The translations under genes and the position numbers were made by a program. A DNA stretch of 64,000 nucleotides, taken from positions 1 through 64,000 of IMG/VR virus record IMGVR_UViG_3300020577_006243. One strand, given 5' to 3'. Position 1 is the stretch's first letter. The number at the start of each line of letters is the position of its first letter. Below, one piece after another: positions 20,529 to 28,562 of the stretch. The notes under the pieces are model-generated. The model ran no database searches, was not told the origin of the DNA, and saw only the letters and a list, made by a program, of their open reading frames with translations. Source of the DNA: a virus (lineage: Duplodnaviria > Caudoviricetes).

Positions 20529-23242
20529 TGGGTATCACATCAAGTAAACAGGATATAAATTTAGCAAAGAAAAGTTACATCCATGCTTATATGGTTGGAA
20601 CCCAAACAACCAATGTTGGCAATGGTGACCATATTAAATGGGATACATTAGGCACACAGTTCGGTAGTGATGTAACCCTTGATTTAGCAACTACTTATAC
20701 TTCGAGTGCTAACGTAGCATCAATAGGGAGATTTACCCTTAAGGCTGGAAAGACTTACAAATTATACACAAGCCTCAGACTCCGCGCTTCATCAAGCACA
20801 GCGATAGCAATTAAATGGTATGATGCTACAAATTCAAGTACAATAGGAAGAGGGCTTGGCTGGGACACTGTTCAGGAATCTTACGACTATAGTAGTGCCA
20901 CTGCTCTTACTGCTTTTATCACACCAGTTGTTGATACATTTGTTGAAGTCAGGTTTGACGATGGTAATGTTGCAGATGTTGTTGCTGGCAGTCATGCTGT
21001 CATAGAAACTGTTGATTCTACAATCTCAATTTCTCCGACTTACGAATCTGCGATTGGCGATTGGACTTCTTATAGTTTAACAATCGGGTCAACCGGAACT
21101 GCTCCAGACGAAGGCGGTGGAACAAAATACAAAAGAGCAATGTGGCGTAGAGTTGGCGATTCTATGGAAATTTTATTTGAATACAGACAGTCAACTGGAG
21201 GCTCTGCTGGTACTGGGACTTATCTATGGCCAATCCCACCAGGGTATCAAATTGATACAAGTAAAATCACAACTTCATCCTCAACTGGTTTAACACACTT
21301 TGGTTTATGTGGACATGGATGGGTTAACGATAATGGTGGTGGAATGTATCCAGTTGCATCTGTAGCATACGACACAACTAATATCAAACTTATTAGTACT
21401 GATTATAGTTATTCTGGTTATGAAATCGGTTCTACATTTGAGACATTTGCGAACACAGATTATCGTGTATTTTTCTTGGCTAAGGTTCCAATTGTTGGCT
21501 GGAATAGAGATTTAGTATTTGCTGACTCAAGAGTTGAATATGGATCAAATACTTCGACAAATGACGGAGATGATACAACTACGTTTTCTCTTGAAACCTA
21601 TGGAGCAGTCATTCCTGCTGTAACTTCTCTTTATAAGAAGAGAGTACAGTTTGCTTATCCTATAACTCAAACAGATGAAATCGAAATTCAGGCAGACTGG
21701 GATGGTCAAGGAATCTGGAATCTCTGGGAAGATCAAGGATACGATAACGTTGAAGGAAAGTTTGGTCCTACCTGGGAGTATGTTTCAGGATCAAAGTATC
21801 AGATTGACGTGTGGATGCGTGGTAATCAGCATGCTAGATTTCAGAACTCTACTGCAAACTTCCGCTCTTACACCCAGGAGAACTCTGCTGGATCACGCTG
21901 GAGAGTTAGAAAGACAGCAAATCCTCTCGCAGTTGAAACACCAGGAGTTGTCAGTGCAATAGGCGACTGGACACAATATACTCCAACTTTCACAGGTTTG
22001 GGAACAGTTTCTGATGTTTATTTCTTCTGGAGACGAGTTGGCGACCTTCTTCAAATTCGTGGGTCTGTCGTGCCTGGAACGGTTACTGGTAGTGCGCCTA
22101 CTTTTACATTGCCGCCAGGCTTAGCAATAGATACATCAAAAATTAAAAATGTAGCATTTAAAGAACACTTTGGTGCGTGGGGGCCGTTGACATCTGCAAG
22201 CTCAGCAATTGTTTCTAATATTATCTCTTGTACGTTCAATGGTGACCCAACTGTATTGCAATGGGTGTATGCTTCAGCTTCAGATACATTAACTAACAGC
22301 CCAGGTTCAACGGTGTTCAACTCTTCAAGACCTATTGTTACACTTGGATTAGTAGAAGTTCCTATTGTAAATTGGTCTTCCAATATAATAATACAAGATT
22401 CTAAAGTTGAGTATGTTTATAACTCATCAACATCTGATGGCAATGATGCCTCAGCTTACGCTACAGGTGCTTCTGGTGGTACTGTTCCATCCGTCACTTC
22501 AGATTATTATAAAGAAGTTCAATTGTCTAAAGTTTTTAATCACGTTAGATTGGAATTTAAAGAGTCGTCTGGTGACTGGATTGAAGTAGGAAGTTCTCCT
22601 TTCGCAAGACAAGAGCATTTTGGAACAACCAGATATGGTGCTCTATTAATACGTCAAAGTGATACACTATATCGTGTATATTTTTTAAGAGCAGGTTACG
22701 CAAGTGCTTCTAGTGGTGCCGCAGTTACATGGGCTACTGCCGCAAGCGCAGGTGTTAAATGGAGAGTTGTCGGTTCCGACAATCCCCTTTCTGTAGAATC
22801 GGCGGTAGTGACAGGCAGCAGTTATGCCATTCTGGATACATTATCCGGTGTATCAAACTGGGGTAGTACAAACACAAAAATACCTAGGTTTCAAAATGTT
22901 TCTGTTGTCGGTTCAGACCTTGTTACAACTCAGTCCGCCACCGATGGAGATAGCATTACAATTAGCACAACAGGCGGTTACAGTGTAGAAGCATGTACTC
23001 AATATGATGGTGGCGCCGCAAACTATGACGTAATTGTTAAAAATGGGTCACAATTATCTACGGACCCAGCGGGTAACAACATAACCGGAACTTTAGTGCG
23101 ATGTGTAGGTCCGGCTGGAGGTGCCAGTGTATTATCTCGAATTGTGCCATTAACTGCCGGTGACGTAATTCGTTTACAGGGCAGAGGTTCTAATGCAAAC
23201 TATTCATCTGTTTGGTATTTTCAAATAACGAGGCTATGGTAA
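20528..23242 (+). CDS. Receptor-binding tail fibre with internally duplicated module
   Basis: 904 aa; two copies of SAIGDWT...WRRVGD...VPIV.W...DS(R/K)VEY...W.V....NPL.VE; C1q-like beta-sandwich ends. Confidence 0.75.
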   Translation: MGITSSKQDINLAKKSYIHAYMVGTQTTNVGNGDHIKWDTLGTQFGSDVTLDLATTYTSSANVASIGRFTLKAGKTYKLYTSLRLRASSSTAIAIKWYDATNSSTIGRGLGWDTVQESYDYSSATALTAFITPVVDTFVEVRFDDGNVADVVAGSHAVIETVDSTISISPTYESAIGDWTSYSLTIGSTGTAPDEGGGTKYKRAMWRRVGDSMEILFEYRQSTGGSAGTGTYLWPIPPGYQIDTSKITTSSSTGLTHFGLCGHGWVNDNGGGMYPVASVAYDTTNIKLISTDYSYSGYEIGSTFETFANTDYRVFFLAKVPIVGWNRDLVFADSRVEYGSNTSTNDGDDTTTFSLETYGAVIPAVTSLYKKRVQFAYPITQTDEIEIQADWDGQGIWNLWEDQGYDNVEGKFGPTWEYVSGSKYQIDVWMRGNQHARFQNSTANFRSYTQENSAGSRWRVRKTANPLAVETPGVVSAIGDWTQYTPTFTGLGTVSDVYFFWRRVGDLLQIRGSVVPGTVTGSAPTFTLPPGLAIDTSKIKNVAFKEHFGAWGPLTSASSAIVSNIISCTFNGDPTVLQWVYASASDTLTNSPGSTVFNSSRPIVTLGLVEVPIVNWSSNIIIQDSKVEYVYNSSTSDGNDASAYATGASGGTVPSVTSDYYKEVQLSKVFNHVRLEFKESSGDWIEVGSSPFARQEHFGTTRYGALLIRQSDTLYRVYFLRAGYASASSGAAVTWATAASAGVKWRVVGSDNPLSVESAVVTGSSYAILDTLSGVSNWGSTNTKIPRFQNVSVVGSDLVTTQSATDGDSITISTTGGYSVEACTQYDGGAANYDVIVKNGSQLSTDPAGNNITGTLVRCVGPAGGASVLSRIVPLTAGDVIRLQGRGSNANYSSVWYFQITRLW

Positions 23243-23246
23243 TAAC

Positions 23247-24146
23247 ATGATTACATCATCAACATCAAGACAAGCATTAATTGCTACAAAGAGTCTGTTA
23301 CTAGTAAAAATGTCAGCAAATCAGACAACTGGATTTTCAGATGGCGATCCTGTAAAATTTAATACAGTAGATACATCAAACGGTTCAGATATCTCATTAA
23401 ATACTTCAACATGGATATTCACATTAAAAGCAGGGAAAACATATAGTCTTGAGTCAGGTGTGAGAATTCAAGGTAGCGCCGCTATTTTTGGTTATCAGTG
23501 GTATAATATCACTAATTCTACATTTATTGGAACAATTGGGTTCAGTCAGACAGCAGATAGTTCTAACAATTCAGAGCAACAGACAGCTAAAGCGTACATT
23601 ACACCTTCCACAGACATCACAGTTAAATTATATATTATAGGGAGTTTGGTGTCTAATATCTCTGCTGTAGATTACAGATTCTCTTACGCACAAATTGAAG
23701 CAGTTGAACAAGTAATACCAGTTGGGGTCGGGGTGTCAGCATCCAGAATACGAAGAAGAGGCGGCACGACTCGCGGTTCATCTAATACAAATGTTATTAT
23801 TTATGCGACCGCTGAAGAATTAAATGGCACTAGCTTAACATACTCAAACGACGCCACAAACGGCGATTCGTTTATTGTAAACACGTCTGGGGTATATGCA
23901 GTTTCACTCACAGCAGAATCTACAACAAATGATGGAACATTAATTATATGCGTAGGATCAACTATTGTGAACAGTCCAGTTGGTACTTCTAGCTTGCGAA
24001 CTTTTCTAGATGTTTCTGGTAATAGATGCTCTATTGCTTGGACTGGATATGTAGAAGCTGGTCAAAAAATCTGGGCGGCTTTCAGTACCACTACATTAAA
24101 CAGTAACTCATACGATAATCAAATATCAATCGCAGGACCATTATGA
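23247..24146 (+). CDS. Receptor-binding protein, paralogue of the N- and C-terminal domains of 20528
   Basis: FTLKAGKTY present in both N-termini; D(A)TNGDSFIVNTSGVYAV vs ATDGDSITISTTGGYSV in C-termini. Confidence 0.7.
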   Translation: MITSSTSRQALIATKSLLLVKMSANQTTGFSDGDPVKFNTVDTSNGSDISLNTSTWIFTLKAGKTYSLESGVRIQGSAAIFGYQWYNITNSTFIGTIGFSQTADSSNNSEQQTAKAYITPSTDITVKLYIIGSLVSNISAVDYRFSYAQIEAVEQVIPVGVGVSASRIRRRGGTTRGSSNTNVIIYATAEELNGTSLTYSNDATNGDSFIVNTSGVYAVSLTAESTTNDGTLIICVGSTIVNSPVGTSSLRTFLDVSGNRCSIAWTGYVEAGQKIWAAFSTTTLNSNSYDNQISIAGPL

Positions 24147-24655
24147 AAAGAGAAGACAAATTATCAACAGCGATAAATTCAATTTACTCAGGAATGGCTA
24201 TATGGTATGGCAATTCAATTGAAACTTTATATTGGGATGCTTCAAACTCAATGCCAAAACCAACTCAAGAACAAATTGACACTGAGTGGGAAAGCATTTT
24301 ATTATTTGATGAGAAAACACAGACAATACAAAAAGTAAAACAAAAATATTATGAAGTTATCACTTCGCCATTTTTATGGACAGACGGCAATACTTACCAG
24401 TATGATGAAGAAGCAAGAATGAATATAGGCGATGCTATGACAGTAATTTCTGTAACAAGCCCAAGTGAATGGAAGTGGTTTGATATAACTAATGTTCAAA
24501 GAATTTTTACAGTTAATGATTTTAAATCAATGGTTGCATCAATGTGGGATAGAGAACAAAGTGCTTACGAAACCATGCAATTGAAAAAATCAGGCATTCT
24601 AGAATTAACTACTATGAGTGGTGTTCTAGCTTATGACATTAATTCTGGCTGGTAA
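24143..24655 (+). CDS. Tail fibre assembly chaperone (XkdW-like N-terminus, DUF4376-like C-terminus)
   Basis: LYWDASNSMPKPTQEQID, then QYDEEARMNI...W.....N....T..DF..M, typical DUF4376 pattern; follows fibre genes. Confidence 0.7.
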   Translation: MKREDKLSTAINSIYSGMAIWYGNSIETLYWDASNSMPKPTQEQIDTEWESILLFDEKTQTIQKVKQKYYEVITSPFLWTDGNTYQYDEEARMNIGDAMTVISVTSPSEWKWFDITNVQRIFTVNDFKSMVASMWDREQSAYETMQLKKSGILELTTMSGVLAYDINSGW

Positions 24656-25090
24656 TCACAATAGAATTTCATTTATTGAAAATTTTATATCATTGTTAAA
24701 TTCGTGGTATATAACTCTCGTCATACCAGATTGTTTTATGAATGGCATACACGATTCGCAAGGCTTTGATGAGATTGATAGATTTGGCTGTATTGAGTGA
24801 GATAGTGATACTACGCAAAGAGTGTAATTAGATATATCTTTGTCAAACATATTCACAAATTTGTTGATTGCGTCAACTTCTGCGTGTTTAGTAATGACAA
24901 CATTTGTCTTAGTTTGTATTGTTGACGGATGTGATTTAGTATATGAATTTACACCATATACTAAAATTCTATTTCCTTTTGAAATAGAGGCAACCACAAC
25001 CCTTGAATTACTTTCAAAATAGTTTGACTTTAATCTTCTCGCTCTACTGAGCGTTCTGTTGAATATGTTTACGTCTCTTGTCGTAATCAT
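24656..25090 (-). CDS. Cytidine/dCMP deaminase-like zinc protein
   Basis: KHAEVDAI and SKPCESC zinc-binding motifs (HxE...PCxxC), SGMTRVIY. Confidence 0.85.
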   Translation of the reverse strand: MITTRDVNIFNRTLSRARRLKSNYFESNSRVVVASISKGNRILVYGVNSYTKSHPSTIQTKTNVVITKHAEVDAINKFVNMFDKDISNYTLCVVSLSHSIQPNLSISSKPCESCMPFIKQSGMTRVIYHEFNNDIKFSINEILL

Positions 25091-25437
25091 ACAAGTTCTT
25101 CTTTTTTAACTTCTATAGGATTTAGAAGAAGCGCATATCTTTCCAAATCCCTTTTTTCAAGTTCGTCAGTGAAATCAATTAAGAAATCGTCTAACGTATA
25201 ACCAACGCTTGCTCCATATTCTTTATATCTGTTAGAAGAATATAAAATCACAAATCTCATAGTTCTAGTTTCGTCAGCAGAAATTGCATTAATCTGCTCC
25301 ATCAATAACATTACATTGTCTTGATCCAGCATTTTAATGTTTATTACACAAGTATTTGAAAATGGGTTAACTGCTACATTGTAGAGTTTATCATATCTTA
25401 TACTTTCTAGTATTGCTTTTTTTGTTGTATCCATCAT
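25087..25437 (-). CDS. Hypothetical protein (paralogue of 25434)
   Basis: 116 aa, overlaps both neighbours by 4 nt; MRFVILYSS...Y...LEKRDLERY aligns with LRIIVARS...Y...LEQKGLLKY. Confidence 0.7.
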   Translation of the reverse strand: MMDTTKKAILESIRYDKLYNVAVNPFSNTCVINIKMLDQDNVMLLMEQINAISADETRTMRFVILYSSNRYKEYGASVGYTLDDFLIDFTDELEKRDLERYALLLNPIEVKKEELV

Positions 25438-25916
25438 ATGTTTAATGCCACCATGTATTTTAACAAGCCTTTTTGTTCAAGTTCCTCGTATAGCATTTTT
25501 ACAAAATGCTCTGAACTCCTATTGTTATAATCGTCAACATCATTGTAATCTCTAATATAAAATTCCTCGTATTTTTCAGAGTTAGAGCGAGCAACTATAA
25601 TTCTTAAAAAATCAGTTTTATCAACATTCTTTTCATTTATCTTCATTATTACATCTAATACATTATTCTCGTTAACTCTATCTAAAATAATACCAATGCA
25701 AAATATGCGTTCGTCACCTTCAACAGTTACGCATTTCATCACTTTGCCTTCTTCTTTTAAATCATTTAAGATATCCCAATAACTGATTGACGCATTTCCT
25801 TCATCAACATATTCCCAACCATAATTATCGTATAACATTTCATCAATATCGTATGGAATCGAATTACCATTTTCATCCAAATTTTGCTCAATCTTGGCAA
25901 TTTTACTATTATCCAT
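25434..25916 (-). CDS. Hypothetical acidic protein
   Basis: 160 aa ORF, first gene of the - strand operon behind a sigma70-like promoter. Confidence 0.7.
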   Translation of the reverse strand: MDNSKIAKIEQNLDENGNSIPYDIDEMLYDNYGWEYVDEGNASISYWDILNDLKEEGKVMKCVTVEGDERIFCIGIILDRVNENNVLDVIMKINEKNVDKTDFLRIIVARSNSEKYEEFYIRDYNDVDDYNNRSSEHFVKMLYEELEQKGLLKYMVALNI

Positions 25917-25924
25917 ACCACTAT

Positions 25925-25953
25925 ATTTTAACGGTTTCTATACAAAAAATCAA
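25925..25953 (-). promoter_or_regulatory. Sigma70-type promoter
   Basis: TTGATT-17 nt-TAAAAT on - strand; -10 ends 9 nt before the ATG at 25916. Confidence 0.65.
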
Positions 25954-25962
25954 GTATTTTTT

Positions 25963-25970
25963 TAAGTTAA
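25963..25970 (+). promoter_or_regulatory. Putative late promoter motif TAAGTTAA
   Basis: 7 nt before ATG 25978; same motif precedes many + strand late genes (see findings). Confidence 0.6.
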
Positions 25971-25977
25971 ATAGGAA

Positions 25978-27840
25978 ATGTTACTAAATGAAAGAAGATT
26001 TATAGACACGGAACAACTAGCAAGGCATTTATACGCACATTTAATGCGTCTTCCAGAGATGCACATAAGGGAATTTTCTCACATCCGTCCATTTCGTCAG
26101 TGGCCTGATTTGTATGACGAATTCTATGAAATCGCCTCTCAACATAAATTAAAAGACGAATCAAGATTTAATGAAAAAATGAAGAAGATGAAAGGTGAAT
26201 TTATAATAAGATATTCACCGCATTATTATTCAGATGATAAAAAAGTTTACGGTGTAATTGCTTCTATTACAGATTTTCAAATTACTTTACATAAAGCATT
26301 TTTTAAAGAGTATAAAAAAAAACAGAGAATAGAAGTTCTCTCACATGAACTTATCCATCTTGTCCAACATATTTTTCCTCATATACCAGACGAGAAAAGA
26401 GAATACCAGCATCAACCGTATGAAGTTGAGGCTTTGTCAAAAGATATAGTATATGATTTGAGAGTAAAGATTAGAAGAGGGAAGATAAAAAATCAAGAAG
26501 AAGCTAGAAAAGAAATAGCAAATAACCCTGATTTTGAAAAATTCACACCAAAACAACAAAATAGAATGATGAAAAAAATTCTTCTTGATTTATATTATCA
26601 TAATCCAATTCACGAAAATTTAAACGAAGCGAGATACATGAATGTTGGTAATTTGCCAGAGATGATGTTAAAAAGAATAGAAGATGTTCTGTGGTTAAAA
26701 AAATTGCCAGTGTTCAAAGGTAAAGATGGTGCCATAAAAATAAGAAACAAACATGAATTACCAAAAAGAAAAGAAATAGAATATGGACTTTTTTATCTTG
26801 ATCTTGACTTATGGAAAGAGTTTAAAAAGGTTATGTTAGAGAAATACAGCGAGCATCTTCTTGATGTAAAGCAAACCAAGAAAATGTATAGAGATAGTAT
26901 GTTGACGATTTATCCTAATAAAAAAGGAACAGATGGAGCATTCGCTTTTGTTAATCCGTTAGGACTTCATTTATTTAAAGATTTCTTTACAATTGGTAAA
27001 GAAGAACAGTTGTCAATTCTGCATCACGAAATTACACATCTGTTTCAATCCCAGTTTCCAATATTTGCAGGAAAGTATTGGGAAAAAATGAAAAGTGGAA
27101 AAAATGTTTATGAAAAAGACCCATTTGAACTTCAAGCGTACAGTAGTGAACTTGTTAAAATGATTGGGGACTCTGTTAAGAAAAATGAAATAAAATCTAT
27201 GGAAGAAGTTGCTGTAGCAATTACAGAGCATCCATTCTATCAACTTACGAGCGAGAAATTTAAAAAGAGAATGTTTCAAAAGATCATGGCAAACGTAAAA
27301 GAAATTTATCATTTACCAACAAAGATTGATGGTTATACAGAAAGTATAAACGAACTTCTTCTACCGTCCAAAAAATTGGATGACGATACTTTGATAGACA
27401 GCATATTAAAAAGAAAAGAATTGAGAAAAGAAGCGATTGAAAGTAAATTTCTTATATTGTTCTTTAGAATTTTGAAAGTATATAACATAGAACCAGAAAC
27501 ATTCATAAATAGATATCACAAATATGTAGACGGAGTTGACACGAATAGTATTTCAATAGAAGATATTAAAGACTTTTTAAGATTTGCTGGTAAGGTAGAT
27601 GAGCATTCAAAAGTTTTAAGAGTGTTAAGGATTTCTCAGAAAAGATTAGATAATCTTAAAAATAGATTTGAAACAAAATTGATTGAACCTATGAAGAGAA
27701 TTATGAGACACGATACGACTGATGCCACACATGCTGGATTACATTTCCCTGCAAGTGGAAAGCGATATAATGCTATGCTTATCAATGCTCTTCAAAAAGC
27801 AGAAAAGGTAAAAACTTTAAAGGAAAAAGGGGAAATTTAA
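25978..27840 (+). CDS. Tandem zincin (HExxH) metallopeptidase-like protein, probable internal head protein
   Basis: HELIHLVQ...YQHQPYEVEA and HEITHLFQ...YEKDPFELQA; domains start after LLNE, NLNE, SINE. Confidence 0.7.
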   Translation: MLLNERRFIDTEQLARHLYAHLMRLPEMHIREFSHIRPFRQWPDLYDEFYEIASQHKLKDESRFNEKMKKMKGEFIIRYSPHYYSDDKKVYGVIASITDFQITLHKAFFKEYKKKQRIEVLSHELIHLVQHIFPHIPDEKREYQHQPYEVEALSKDIVYDLRVKIRRGKIKNQEEARKEIANNPDFEKFTPKQQNRMMKKILLDLYYHNPIHENLNEARYMNVGNLPEMMLKRIEDVLWLKKLPVFKGKDGAIKIRNKHELPKRKEIEYGLFYLDLDLWKEFKKVMLEKYSEHLLDVKQTKKMYRDSMLTIYPNKKGTDGAFAFVNPLGLHLFKDFFTIGKEEQLSILHHEITHLFQSQFPIFAGKYWEKMKSGKNVYEKDPFELQAYSSELVKMIGDSVKKNEIKSMEEVAVAITEHPFYQLTSEKFKKRMFQKIMANVKEIYHLPTKIDGYTESINELLLPSKKLDDDTLIDSILKRKELRKEAIESKFLILFFRILKVYNIEPETFINRYHKYVDGVDTNSISIEDIKDFLRFAGKVDEHSKVLRVLRISQKRLDNLKNRFETKLIEPMKRIMRHDTTDATHAGLHFPASGKRYNAMLINALQKAEKVKTLKEKGEI

Positions 27841-28505
27841 CGGATATTTAATATACATTGTTTGAAATCTTTAAACCCTTTGAAACCAAATTTTTTTATT
27901 TTATAAGTTATCGTATCGTTTATTACATGAAATTTTCTACCTAATCTAACGGCAGTTATTTTATTATCTTGCTTTATTTCATTTATTATGTCCCCGAGTG
28001 CTATGTCTACGCATACGGCACTATTTCTACTTATTTTTTTTCTATGTTCTAACGAGAGTGGTTTCCTAATTATACCAGCCAATGATTTACTTATCTTTTC
28101 TTTATGTTTTTGAGAATGTGGCTTCCCAAACATTGGATTTTTATCACCAATTTTTGATAGTCTTATTTTTTCTATACTTTCACTTGAGAGTTTGCCTCTA
28201 TAACCACCTTCTTTCATATTGTAATTTCTATCACTATTCACACCGCCATAATATTCTATAAAAGAATTCTCTACTATGTTCAAATCTTCTTGAGTAAAGC
28301 ATTCACATAACATCCTCCATTCAAAGTTTTCTTTGCCATATTTTCTTATTGCGTTATAAAATGGGTAATTAAACAAATTAGCATTCGCACAGTATAAATG
28401 GTCAGATTTTCTCTTTTTAAAATTAGATGTTTGACCTATATACACCTTACCATTTGTTTTATTTGTGACCTTATATATCACTCCTTTCACACCATTATCT
28501 TTCAA
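27837..28505 (-). mobile_element. Freestanding GIY-YIG homing endonuclease with NUMOD3 region
   Basis: GVIYKVTNKTNGKVYIGQT, YNMKEGG, NPMFGKPHSQKHKEKISKSL; inserted antisense in the late block. Confidence 0.9.
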
Positions 28506-28562
28506 AAAAGATTAGAAATTATGCAAGATATTGTAAGACTTTTTAAGTTATTAGTAACTACT

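Noticed and set aside
20528-24146. Invertible tail-fibre switch (shufflon/Gin type)
   Set aside because: All fibre modules are in the same orientation; no invertase and no inverted crossover sites seen.
28398-28562. ORF-track N-terminal extension of the beta-helix protein
   Set aside because: Overlaps the antisense GIY-YIG gene; the late motif at 28544-51 points to ATG 28563.
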